A DNA stretch of 64,000 nt from Candidatus Gastranaerophilales bacterium. Lineage in GTDB: Bacteria; Cyanobacteriota; Vampirovibrionia; Gastranaerophilales; Gastranaerophilaceae. Of this stretch, positions 26,125 to 35,171 are shown in pieces. A program made the position numbers and the translations under genes. A model generated the notes under the pieces. The model had not been told where the DNA came from. It did no database searches and saw nothing but the letters and a program-made list of their open reading frames with translations. Positions within the stretch are counted from its first letter, which is position 1. Each line of letters begins with the position of its first letter. The DNA lies in contig CALVEU010000001.1 in assembly GCA_944326635.1 (NCBI GenBank), positions 1,685 to 65,684 on the forward strand, given 5' to 3'.

Positions 26125-28656
26125 ATGGAAAATATACTGGATAATCTTAACAAAGAACAGAGAGAAGCTGTTCAAACAATTCAAGGCCCATTGCTTGTTT
26201 TAGCAGGTGCAGGGAGCGGAAAAACAAAATTACTTACCTCAAGGATTGCTTATTTAATTCAAAACGGTGTAAAACCGAGAAATATTTTAGCGGTTACATT
26301 TACCAACAAGGCGGCTAAAGAGATGAAAGAACGTCTTGGAAATATTTTGGGTGAAAATGTTGTTAAATATATGTGGGTAGGTACTTTTCACGGTATTTGC
26401 GGAAGAATTTTACGAGAAAATATTGAAAATTACAGCTTTCAATCCGGTAAAAAATTAGATAAGAATTTTTCTATTTACGATGAAAATGACAGTAATGCTG
26501 TTATTAAACAGGCTATAAAAAAATTAAATTTAGATGATAAAGTATATCAGCCTAAACTTGTAAAATCCGTAATTTCTAATGCAAAGAATAAAATGCAGGA
26601 CGCTTATACATTTGCGACTTTTGCAAGAGATTTCAAATCTCAAAAAATTGCGGCAATTTATGAAGAATATGAAAATGCTTTGAATAATAACAATGCAATC
26701 GATTTTGATGATATGCTTCTTTTGACCGTAAAATTGCTTGAACAATGCAAAGAAGTTCGTCAATTGTATTATGACCGCTTCCAACATATTCTTGTAGATG
26801 AGTTTCAGGATACAAACATGGCTCAATATAAGTTAATTAATATGTTATACACAAATCTTGAGTCTGAAATCCCTGATGAAAGATCATTATGTGTAGTAGG
26901 TGATGTTGACCAATCCATTTACAGCTGGCGTGGAGCTGATTATACAATTATTTTAAATTTCCAAAAAGATTTTAAAAAGACTAAATTAATAAAATTAGAG
27001 CAAAATTACCGTTCAACAGCAAATATTTTGAACGTTGCAAACGCAATTATTGAAAATAATACAGAGCGTGTGGACAAAGTTCTATATTCACAAAAAGGTG
27101 ACGGTGAGTTAATTGATTATTACGAAGCTCAAGATGAAGCAGATGAAGCAAATTTTATCGCAAGCAGAATTAAACAAGATTCAGGCGGAGATTATAACCG
27201 TTACGCAATTCTTTATCGTACAAATTCTCAATCCCGTGCACTTGAAGAAGCATGCATGGCTGCAGGAATTCCATACAGAATTTACGGCGGTTTGAAATTC
27301 TATGACCGTAAAGAAATCAAAGATATAATTGCTTATCTTAAATTAATCTACAACCCTGATGATTCGCAAAGTTTCAGACGTATAGTAAACGTTCCGAAAC
27401 GTGCCATAGGTGATACTACGGTAAAAGCTCTTTCTGATTTTGCCGACTCAAAAGATGTAAGTCTGTTTGAAGCAATTAAAGAAATTGAAGAATCAGAATT
27501 ATCACCGAGAGTTCAATCAAAATTAAAGGATTTTGCAGAATTAATACTTAAATTTAAAAATGCAGCGAGCTCATATTCTTTGCAGGAGTTTGTAACTCTT
27601 GTTATAGAAAAATCTGGATATTTGGCAGAATTGCAATCACAAAATACTCCTGAAAGTGAAGCTGATATTGAAAACTTGCAAGAATTAGTAAATGTTGCAG
27701 GTGAATTTGTTCCTGAAGAATCTGATAATGCTTTGGGTGAATTTTTACAACAAGTAGCATTGGTGTCAGATCTTGACGGTATGGACGATATTTCAAACAA
27801 CGTTACTTTAATGACTTTACACTCTGCTAAGGGTTTGGAATTTCCTATAGTATTTTTAGCAGGATGTGATGAAGGTGTATTCCCGCATCAAAGAACATTC
27901 AATATTCCGTCAGAAATGGAAGAAGAACGCCGTTTGATGTATGTAGGCGTTACTCGTGCAGAAGAAAAATTGTATCTGTCTTCTGCTAAACGTCGTCAAA
28001 TGTGGGGTGAATACAAGTATTACAACCCTTCAAGATTTATTGATGAAATTCCTCGTCAACTTCTTAACTCTATCGGTTTTGAAGGGTCTACAAGCGGAAC
28101 TTCAACATTCCAAAATGCTGTATCAAAAGCTCGTACAGGAAAATCTGATTTTTCATACTCTGCAGCACAATCTGACAGTTACGGATATGTAAAACCATCT
28201 TCAGGATTTGGCAAGGGTTTTGTCGCTCCGACAAGAGGGCTTGCAACAGGAAATTCTCAAAGCGACAGACAAAGACAAAATTCTTCATACTACAACCAAC
28301 CGCAAAGGACTCCAAGTCGTACTATTTTGGTTAAATCAAAAGAAAATAAACAACGTGATGAAGAAAAAGTAAAAGAATTTTTCAAAGATAATGCTATAAA
28401 ACGTATGCTCGAAGAAAAAAGGCAAAAAGAGCGTATGCAACAGGAAGCAGAGGCAGAACGTCAAAAGAAAATGGAGACGACAACTCCTATTGAATATGTG
28501 TTTAATGAGGGAGAAAGAGTTTTCCATGACAAGCTCGGTATCGGACATATAAAAGAAGTTACCCAAATCGGTGACAGTATGATGTATACAATAGACTTTG
28601 GCCGTCAAGGCGTAAAGGCTATGGACGCAGCTTATGCAAAATTGAAAAAGTTTTAA
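26125..28656 (+). CDS. pcrA: ATP-dependent DNA helicase PcrA/UvrD with a long low-complexity linker and a C-terminal Tudor-like domain
   Basis: LNKEQREAV...AGAGSGKT, VDEFQDTN, LEQNYRST, TLHSAKGLEFP, and RRLMYVGVTRA. Start set at MENILD (26125). Confidence 0.93.
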   Translation: MENILDNLNKEQREAVQTIQGPLLVLAGAGSGKTKLLTSRIAYLIQNGVKPRNILAVTFTNKAAKEMKERLGNILGENVVKYMWVGTFHGICGRILRENIENYSFQSGKKLDKNFSIYDENDSNAVIKQAIKKLNLDDKVYQPKLVKSVISNAKNKMQDAYTFATFARDFKSQKIAAIYEEYENALNNNNAIDFDDMLLLTVKLLEQCKEVRQLYYDRFQHILVDEFQDTNMAQYKLINMLYTNLESEIPDERSLCVVGDVDQSIYSWRGADYTIILNFQKDFKKTKLIKLEQNYRSTANILNVANAIIENNTERVDKVLYSQKGDGELIDYYEAQDEADEANFIASRIKQDSGGDYNRYAILYRTNSQSRALEEACMAAGIPYRIYGGLKFYDRKEIKDIIAYLKLIYNPDDSQSFRRIVNVPKRAIGDTTVKALSDFADSKDVSLFEAIKEIEESELSPRVQSKLKDFAELILKFKNAASSYSLQEFVTLVIEKSGYLAELQSQNTPESEADIENLQELVNVAGEFVPEESDNALGEFLQQVALVSDLDGMDDISNNVTLMTLHSAKGLEFPIVFLAGCDEGVFPHQRTFNIPSEMEEERRLMYVGVTRAEEKLYLSSAKRRQMWGEYKYYNPSRFIDEIPRQLLNSIGFEGSTSGTSTFQNAVSKARTGKSDFSYSAAQSDSYGYVKPSSGFGKGFVAPTRGLATGNSQSDRQRQNSSYYNQPQRTPSRTILVKSKENKQRDEEKVKEFFKDNAIKRMLEEKRQKERMQQEAEAERQKKMETTTPIEYVFNEGERVFHDKLGIGHIKEVTQIGDSMMYTIDFGRQGVKAMDAAYAKLKKF

Positions 28657-28880
28657 TCCTCGATATTTTTAACAAAAATACTAAAGAATTCAGCTAAAGT
28701 TATACCCATAGCATTGCATATTGCATTTATAGTTGAAATTTTAATATCTTTAGTTCCTTTTTCAGCGTAACTTACACAACTTTTTGATAAATCAGCTGAC
28801 CATGCAAGTTTTTCAGCTGTTAAATGTTTGCTTTTTCTCAGTTCGGATATTCTTTTTGCAATATGTTCATTAATACTCAT
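28653..28880 (-). CDS. XRE-family HTH regulator (75 aa)
   Basis: ISELRKSKHLTAEKLAWSADLSKSCVSYAEKG. Last gene downstream of the two TonB_C proteins. Its stop overlaps the pcrA stop. Confidence 0.8.
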   Translation of the reverse strand: MSINEHIAKRISELRKSKHLTAEKLAWSADLSKSCVSYAEKGTKDIKISTINAICNAMGITLAEFFSIFVKNIED

Positions 28881-28926
28881 ATAATAATACCATTTTTATC
28901 ATAAACTGATTTTTACTTTATTTTAT

Positions 28927-29649
28927 CTAAAAAAAGTAGTTTGGACTGCCAAGAATAGGACTTCTTCTGAATTGACGTAATACTGTCGCTGAATAAGGTA
29001 ATTCCTCGTACATTTTTAATTCTTCAGGGAATGGTGATACTTTCATTCCTGTATATGTTTCTATGATTTTTTTATCATATTCTTCAATCCCTGATGATTT
29101 TGTAATTTCTACATTTTTTATAGTTCCGTCTTTTGTTATAATACATTTCATTACAGGTTCTTGTGGAATGTATGAGTAGATTGTCGGAATTCTATCAAAT
29201 AAATAATTGCTGACTTTTTGCATGTATTTTTGATATGCTTGTTTAACTTCCTCAGGAGGCTCGACAGGCATGATTGACATTCTTGCTGTTTGGTATCTTT
29301 GGACTTTGTGTTGAAATCCGCTTGTCATTACGATATTTGCAAGGTTTGATTCTTTTGGGAAAGGTTTGAACGGAGCTGATTTTTGAACAGCTTCAATTAC
29401 AGCTTTATCAAAATTTGTTCCGCTTGCCTGTTTAACTTGAATATCGGTAACGCTTCCGTCAGGGTTTATTGTATAACTTACTGCAGATACTGCATCTTCA
29501 GGTCCTGTGTATTTTAGATTACTTTTTACTATATTTTGAACTTCTTTGCCGTATTCATCAACGAATTTGTTTACATCAAAGTCATCTGCAAATGCAAAAT
29601 TGTTTATTGCGAATAATAATATTAATATATAAATTATTTTTTTAATCAT
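28927..29649 (-). CDS. Secreted protein with two TonB C-terminal-like domains
   Basis: Signal peptide MIKKIIYILILLFAINNFAFA (start 29649 behind GGGAGAA). YTINPDGSVTDIQVKQASGTNFDKAVIEAVQKSAPFKPFP and ITKDGTIKNVEITKSSGIEEYDKKIIETYTGMKVSPFP. Confidence 0.7.
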   Translation of the reverse strand: MIKKIIYILILLFAINNFAFADDFDVNKFVDEYGKEVQNIVKSNLKYTGPEDAVSAVSYTINPDGSVTDIQVKQASGTNFDKAVIEAVQKSAPFKPFPKESNLANIVMTSGFQHKVQRYQTARMSIMPVEPPEEVKQAYQKYMQKVSNYLFDRIPTIYSYIPQEPVMKCIITKDGTIKNVEITKSSGIEEYDKKIIETYTGMKVSPFPEELKMYEELPYSATVLRQFRRSPILGSPNYFF

Positions 29650-29662
29650 TATTTTCTCCCAA

Positions 29663-31231
29663 TTAACGAGCAAGCATATATAAAATTGAAGATCCAATTG
29701 ACAGACCGTATAAAATACAATTAGAGAATATTTGGTTTTCCGGATCTTTTAAATCAACATAGAAACCTAATTCGTCTGCATCAATATTTGGCGGAAATGG
29801 TGGAAATGTCAATCTTTGTAAGCATTCTTCTACTTGTGTTTCATTTATTTGATTATTTGCATAGTCATATAGAGTGTAATTTTTTATTTTGCCGTCTTTC
29901 TTTATAATAAAAAATATTTTTGCTGTACGCATGTAATGCAGACCGATATTTGGGACATTGCCAAGTGTATATGAAGCTACAGTTTTTGCGTATTTGTTAT
30001 AATATTGACGAAGATATTTGTTCAAATTATAAAATTCTGCTGTAAATGCAAATTTTTCAGTTGGTGCATTTTCATAAGCAGGATATGAATTATATCTTAC
30101 GGCATTTATTGTGTCTTTATCAATTTGTTCTGAACCTGAAGATTCAATAATTGTAATGTCTTCTAATTTCCCGTTTTTGTTCATTAAAATAAGGCATTTG
30201 ACAGGTTTTATTTTAAAACTGTTGATTTCAGGCAATGTCTTTGATAGTGTAGGCATCATTTTTTTATTAAAGTAATGATAAATGTTACGGTTAGAATTTT
30301 TATTTACATAATATATTGGCAGTTTATCTCCATATATTTTGCCTGGGTATTGGCTGATTTTTATGTTTTTTAATTCTGATAATAAAATTTCAGGGTATAT
30401 CTGATTAAATTCATTATAAATTTTTACTTCATTAATATTTCCATTTTTATTAACATAAAATTCAATTAAATTATTTCCATCTACTATAATTTGTTTTTCG
30501 ATTTCTTCTGATATTTGTTTTGAATATTGAGTAAAGTTTTCTATAATATCTTTATGAGTCGGATTTATTCTTATGATTGTTGAAAAATATCCATTTGTTA
30601 GTATTTTATTTGGAGGCATTCCAAAAGATTGTTGTAGAAGATAATTACATAATTTATCATCATAAGCTCTATCTCCTGAAGAATTTAACAGTCTTATGCT
30701 ATTAATTTTTCCAAGTTTAGTAATTTTAAGTTCAAGTTGTACAGTGGATAAATTAATATAGTTCTCGTGTGGTATATTTTCGTAATTTTTTTCAAGTTGT
30801 TTATTAAGTTCAAGAAGGTATTTAGCCTCTTCTTTAGATTTCGGATAATTTCTGCTAACAATTTCATATTTTAGTTGTCTGTCTTTAATTTCCCATTTAA
30901 CAATATATCTATAATTATTTCTTTCAAAATCCTCATATGATTTTTCAGTAGATTTTAGAGAAGTGTCAATAATTTCAGCTAATTCTTTATTATCATATTT
31001 TATAATTTTGTGTGTGTTAATACTAAAATCAGGTTTTAATTCAAAATAAATTTCTAAATTTCCTGATGGTAGCTCTTGTTGGTTTTTCAGGTTTTGTTTT
31101 ACTAATTGAATATAATTTGAAAACATAGTTTTTTCATTTTTTAACATAATATTTGAATTATTATCATACGCAAATGTAATATTTCCTGTTAAAAATGCAA
31201 GAATACCAAAAATTATAAACCATTTTTTCAT
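29663..31231 (-). CDS. Secreted protein with about five tandem TonB C-terminal-like modules
   Basis: Signal peptide MKKWFIIFGILAFLTGNITFA. Modules include KLGKINSIRLLNSSGDRAYDDKLCNYLLQQSFGMPP, NGKLEDITIIESSGSEQIDKDTINAVRYNSYPAY and KKDGKIKNYTLYD...LTFPPFPP. Confidence 0.65.
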   Translation of the reverse strand: MKKWFIIFGILAFLTGNITFAYDNNSNIMLKNEKTMFSNYIQLVKQNLKNQQELPSGNLEIYFELKPDFSINTHKIIKYDNKELAEIIDTSLKSTEKSYEDFERNNYRYIVKWEIKDRQLKYEIVSRNYPKSKEEAKYLLELNKQLEKNYENIPHENYINLSTVQLELKITKLGKINSIRLLNSSGDRAYDDKLCNYLLQQSFGMPPNKILTNGYFSTIIRINPTHKDIIENFTQYSKQISEEIEKQIIVDGNNLIEFYVNKNGNINEVKIYNEFNQIYPEILLSELKNIKISQYPGKIYGDKLPIYYVNKNSNRNIYHYFNKKMMPTLSKTLPEINSFKIKPVKCLILMNKNGKLEDITIIESSGSEQIDKDTINAVRYNSYPAYENAPTEKFAFTAEFYNLNKYLRQYYNKYAKTVASYTLGNVPNIGLHYMRTAKIFFIIKKDGKIKNYTLYDYANNQINETQVEECLQRLTFPPFPPNIDADELGFYVDLKDPENQIFSNCILYGLSIGSSILYMLAR

Positions 31232-31292
31232 ACATCAACCCTCTTTGATTTTTTATGAAATTTTTATTAAAAAAAGACCTTTGAATTTTGTT

Positions 31293-31473
31293 TTCTAATT
31301 CGATTTCAAGTTTGTTCTAAAACTTGATTGATAAATGAAGTTACATGCTTTTTTAGTTTAGACTTTTCAAGTTTATACTAAAATCTGATTGGTGGGTGAA
31401 GCGGCACGCTTTTCTTTAGTTTAGACAAAATAAGTTTGTACAAAACCTATGTGGCGGATGAAGCGGCACGCTT
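31293..31473 (-). repeat. Family-1 intergenic repeat: three tandem ~60-nt units starting at the ffh stop codon
   Basis: Plus-strand units at 31415-31473, 31352-31411 and 31293-31350 (the last degenerate). Consensus: tttagtttagac....aagttt.tac.aaa.c..at.g.gg.tGAAGCGgcaCGCTT. Confidence 0.85.
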
Positions 31474-32903
31474 CATTTGAAACGTCGCATCATTTTCATA
31501 GCTTTATTCATTGCATGCTTGCCAAGTTTACCTTTGAAACCGCCAAGACCGCCCATGTTACCCATTTTACTCATGTCAGGCATGCCTCCGCCCATTTTGC
31601 CGAACATATTTTTCATATCTGACATGCCTTTCATCATCATTCTCATTTGTTCAAACTGTTTTACATATGCATTTATTTCTGCTAAATCCATACCGCAGCC
31701 TTTTGCAATACGTTTTTTACGACTTGTGTTAAGTAAGTCAGGGTTTGAACGTTCTTCAGGTGTCATGCTGGAAATGAACACTTCCATTTTTTTGAATTGT
31801 TTGTCACCCTCATGAGAAATCTTATCTCTGTCATCTTTGCCTATATTAAGACCAAGCATGCCAAGTAGGTTGCCCATAGAACCGAAAGCTTGCATTTGTT
31901 TTTGCATTTTTAAGAAATCGTTGTAAGAAAAGTTATTCTTACTCATTTTTTCTTCAAGTTCACGAGCTTGTTTTTCATCAAAAACTTCCTGTGCACGTTC
32001 TACAAGTGATACTATATCACCCATTCCTAAAATACGTGTAGCCATGCGTTCAGGGTAAAAATCTTCCAAGGCGTTAAGTTTTTCGCCTGTACCTGTCAAT
32101 TTAATAGGTTTTCCTGTGCAGTATACAACGCTTAAAGCAGATCCGCCTCTGCTGTCACCATCAAGTTTTGTCAATACAAGACCTGTAAGACCTAATTGTG
32201 CGTCGAAGTTTTCAGCCACGTTTACAGCTTCTTGTCCTGTCATTGAATCAATTACAAGAAGTTTTTCTGTCGGGTGGAAAATTCTGTCTATTAAAAGAAG
32301 TTCAGCCATCATATCAGTATCGATTTGTAATCGGCCTGCAGTATCTAAAATAAGTGTATTAAATCCGTTTTGGTTAGCATAGTCAATTGCACCGCGTACA
32401 ATTTGTTGAACGTCTTTGCAATCAGGGATTGTAAAGACTTCATTTTCAATTTCTTTGCCAAGAGTTTGTAATTGAGAAATAGCTGCTGGTCTATATACGT
32501 CACATGCTACAAGTAGGGGTTTTCTGCCTTCTTTTTTTAGTTTAACTGCAAGTTTAGCAGATGATGTTGTCTTACCTGACCCTTGAAGTCCAAGCATCAT
32601 AATCATGTTTGGATTACCTGAAAAATCAAGCGGTTTAGCTTCTTTCCCAAGTAAATTTATAAGTTCATCGTGAACAATTTTGATTAATTGTTGAGAAGGA
32701 TCAATGCCTTCTAAAACTTTTTCACCTTCAGCTTTATCTTTTATAGAAGATATGAAAGCTTTTACAACACGTAAATTTACATCAGCGTCCAAAAGTGCTC
32801 GTCTGATTTCTCTGAGAGCTTCCTGCATATTATCTTGGGTAAGCTCTTTGCCTCGAGTTTTGCTGATTATTTCCTGTAATTTTTCACTTAAACTATCAAA
32901 CAT
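31473..32903 (-). CDS. ffh: Signal recognition particle protein Ffh
   Basis: GLQGSGKTTSSAKLA, DTAGRL, LTKLDGDSRGGSALS, and a Met-rich M domain. Confidence 0.97.
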   Translation of the reverse strand: MFDSLSEKLQEIISKTRGKELTQDNMQEALREIRRALLDADVNLRVVKAFISSIKDKAEGEKVLEGIDPSQQLIKIVHDELINLLGKEAKPLDFSGNPNMIMMLGLQGSGKTTSSAKLAVKLKKEGRKPLLVACDVYRPAAISQLQTLGKEIENEVFTIPDCKDVQQIVRGAIDYANQNGFNTLILDTAGRLQIDTDMMAELLLIDRIFHPTEKLLVIDSMTGQEAVNVAENFDAQLGLTGLVLTKLDGDSRGGSALSVVYCTGKPIKLTGTGEKLNALEDFYPERMATRILGMGDIVSLVERAQEVFDEKQARELEEKMSKNNFSYNDFLKMQKQMQAFGSMGNLLGMLGLNIGKDDRDKISHEGDKQFKKMEVFISSMTPEERSNPDLLNTSRKKRIAKGCGMDLAEINAYVKQFEQMRMMMKGMSDMKNMFGKMGGGMPDMSKMGNMGGLGGFKGKLGKHAMNKAMKMMRRFK

Positions 32904-32922
32904 ATTTGAATTATATCATAAA

Positions 32923-33252
32923 CTAATCTTCAATGTTATCGTAATTCATGTCAGTTTTTACATCATCTTTGTGTTTGTCTTTGTATTTTTCATGCATAAT
33001 TAATAAAGGAACAGAAATAGGGAATGTTAATATTGTTGCAATTCCTAAAAGACCTTTTTTAAATCCCGGTTTGTTAGATGGATCTGGATTTTCAGGAGCA
33101 TCTAAATCACAACCATAGTCTTCTCCAACGCCAAAGTTAATTTTATCTGAAATTGGTTGTGTAATATTATCTGCATTATTTTGTAAAAATGATTTTGTAT
33201 TGTTTGTTAAAAATTTTCTTACATTAGTTGATGTGATTGATTGTATACGCAT
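32923..33252 (-). CDS. Small tail-anchored membrane protein (MRIQSI leader, INFGV motif)
   Basis: Start at the second Met (33252) behind AAAGGAA. A single C-terminal TM helix (LLGIATILTFPISVPLLIM). Confidence 0.55.
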   Translation of the reverse strand: MRIQSITSTNVRKFLTNNTKSFLQNNADNITQPISDKINFGVGEDYGCDLDAPENPDPSNKPGFKKGLLGIATILTFPISVPLLIMHEKYKDKHKDDVKTDMNYDNIED

Positions 33253-33496
33253 TATAATTCCTTTATAAATTGCTTTTGCATGCATTATAAGTCGAAAAAG
33301 ATTTATTTATGCTACTTTCATAGTAAAAATTTTACATTATTTTACAAATTTTTTTATTTGTAAAACATCATACATTTTTATGATTTCATTTCAAATCTCG
33401 TTTGCTAATATATAACCATACTCCTTAGAGAACTAAGATACACATATCCCTAATCAACAGCTATGCACTTCAAATGTACATAGCTTTTTTTTATGT

Positions 33497-34792
33497 TTAT
33501 TCAGGAATTTCCATGCACATACAGTGAATTCCTCCATATTGTTCGGCGAAAAGTTTTTTTTCTATGGCATTATTTTGACCTGATACGAAATATACTTTGT
33601 CAACGTATGGTTTTATTTTATCTAAAAATGCTTGTTCAAGACTAAATCCGGTTTTTTGTTTAATTTCATCTGTAAGTCCAAGACTTTCATCAAGATGTGA
33701 TTTATTTGTTATATATACAACTTCATTTTTATCGTTAATTAATACATTTGCGTTCATATAATTTTGTAGTTGTTTTAGAAGATAAGAACTTTTATTTCCA
33801 TCTTCATCCCCGAAAATTTCGAAAAGTCTTGATGGAACTTTAATAGGTTCGTAGCCTGCTTTTAGGAGTGAAGTTTCAACATCTTTCATATTTGCATAAG
33901 GATTTATGCTGAGAATTTTTTTAAATTGGTTAAAATATGTAGCAGTTTTAGCAAATGGAATTCTAAATTTTTCTCTTTCATCTTCAGTTACTTTAAATGC
34001 TGCATTTTTAATGCTTTCAAATCCTTTGGCAAGAGTTTCAAGCATGGTGTTATCATCAGCAATAAGTACTTTTTTATCTTTTAGAGGTCTTAAAAATAAA
34101 TCAATATGAAAATCAGCTTGAGGAATTGGGTAGATATTTTTTATTTTGAATATTTGTTGTAACTCTTCAATACTGAATTTTTTTAATTCATTTTGACCGA
34201 TAAGAAGTTCGTCTTCTCCTTGTTTATTTTTGGTAATAAAATAATTTCCGCCTTTGATATGAGTTTTGGATAATATATTTTTTAGTAATTTGCTATTTTT
34301 TTCTAATTCAAAATCATATATTTTTTTATCAATATATTCAGAGCCTTCAGGAGTTGGAATTTCTACAAATTCTTTTCCATTTTTTTTGACTACAGAGAGG
34401 TTATATAGTAAGTCTACATATTCTTGTTGATCATTGACATTCATTATTTCATGAATAAATTCTTGAAATTTATTGTTCTTTAATTTAAAGAAATTTTTTA
34501 ACATTTCTGTTTTTGGGGAGCTTTCAAATGCTAATAAAGAATCCCCAATGATTCCCCAATAATCTTGTGCCCAACAGCCTTTGTTGTTTTGGGTATATTC
34601 AAATCTGTCTGTTTTCAAACGAGGTTTTGCAGGAGAATTTTCAAACAAATAAACTTTGAAATTTTCAATTTCTCCAATTTTTCTCATTTCTTCTGCTATG
34701 CCTTCAAAATTTGAATTCATTACAAATCCTTTTAATCTTCTGGCATCGTATCCTTGAAAGTTAATATTTTGTTGTGTATTGTTAATTTTCAT
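33497..34792 (-). CDS. Pentein-fold guanidino-group-modifying enzyme (agmatine deiminase/PPAD-like), divergent
   Basis: C-terminal catalytic-Cys motif YGGIHCMCMEIPE and an internal ADFHIDLF (D-x-H-I-D) motif. N-terminal MKINNTQQNINFQG leader. Confidence 0.6.
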   Translation of the reverse strand: MKINNTQQNINFQGYDARRLKGFVMNSNFEGIAEEMRKIGEIENFKVYLFENSPAKPRLKTDRFEYTQNNKGCWAQDYWGIIGDSLLAFESSPKTEMLKNFFKLKNNKFQEFIHEIMNVNDQQEYVDLLYNLSVVKKNGKEFVEIPTPEGSEYIDKKIYDFELEKNSKLLKNILSKTHIKGGNYFITKNKQGEDELLIGQNELKKFSIEELQQIFKIKNIYPIPQADFHIDLFLRPLKDKKVLIADDNTMLETLAKGFESIKNAAFKVTEDEREKFRIPFAKTATYFNQFKKILSINPYANMKDVETSLLKAGYEPIKVPSRLFEIFGDEDGNKSSYLLKQLQNYMNANVLINDKNEVVYITNKSHLDESLGLTDEIKQKTGFSLEQAFLDKIKPYVDKVYFVSGQNNAIEKKLFAEQYGGIHCMCMEIPE

Positions 34793-34866
34793 ACCTATAG
34801 CAAGTATTGTAAAAATTTTTTTTGCTAATTAAATAATAGTTTTTAATATATCTTGACAAAATATTT

Positions 34867-34875
34867 TGATATAAT
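34867..34875 (+). promoter_or_regulatory. Extended -10 promoter element upstream of tRNA-Ser
   Basis: TGaTATAAT about 30 nt before the mature tRNA 5' end. A TTGACA lies nearby but only 11 nt away, so it is not a canonical -35. Confidence 0.4.
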
Positions 34876-34904
34876 AAAATAAAGATACGTCCAAACAATC
34901 GAAT

Positions 34905-34991
34905 GGAGGAGTGCCAGAGCGGTTGATTGGAGCAGTCTTGAAAACTGTCGTACGTTCACGCGTACCGTGGGTTCGAATCCCACCTCCTCCT
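34905..34991 (+). tRNA. tRNA-Ser (anticodon TGA), class II with long variable arm
   Basis: Acceptor GGAGGAG/CTCCTCC, anticodon loop CTTGAAA, long variable arm cgtacgttcacgcgtaccg, and T-arm GTGGG-TTCGAAT-CCCAC. Confidence 0.9.
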
Positions 34992-34997
34992 AATTTT

Positions 34998-35025
34998 AAA
35001 AGCCACCTTCAAAGGTGGCTTTTTT
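34998..35025 (+). terminator. Intrinsic terminator after tRNA-Ser
   Basis: AAAAGCCACC-ttcaaa-GGTGGCTTTTTT. Confidence 0.8.
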
Positions 35026-35040
35026 AGTGAGTTTATTTAT
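35008..35040 (+). repeat. Direct repeat copy A (loop, 3' arm and tail of the tRNA-Ser terminator)
   Basis: ttcaaaggtggcttttttagtgagtttatttat matches 35717..35748. Confidence 0.75.
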
Positions 35041-35171
35041 GTTTATCATTTCAAAAATTAATTAAATGCTAGAATAAGTTAATATAAATTATAAAAAATA
35101 TAATTGACTAAATGTGGTATTTGTGTATATTATTTATCAATTAGGATAATTATTATATTTTGTGAGAAGTA

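Noticed and set aside
26530-28608. Eight ORFs of 60-98 aa on both strands inside pcrA (26530-26826, 26633-26815, 27113-27295, 27513-27800, 27602-27796, 27956-28192, 28088-28315, 28336-28608)
   Set aside because: All are nested in, or antisense to, a helicase reading frame with every UvrD/PcrA motif intact. They lack an SD and have low-complexity composition.
31293-31473. Tandem ~60-nt units considered as a possible CRISPR array
   Set aside because: The units abut each other with no unique spacers. There are only three copies, with decay. No cas genes are in the window, and homologous units occur singly or doubly in other intergenic sites. This is a REP/BIME-like repeat, not CRISPR.
33459-33492. 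Hairpin AGCTATGCAC-ttcaaat-GTACATAGCT followed by T8 on the plus strand, considered as the terminator of an unannotated plus-strand sRNA in the 210-nt spacer 33286-33496
   Set aside because: I found no convincing plus-strand promoter or conserved structure upstream. The hairpin lies 5 nt past the stop of the minus-strand pentein gene, so it most simply terminates that gene despite the U-tract being on the other side. This cannot be supported without transcript data.
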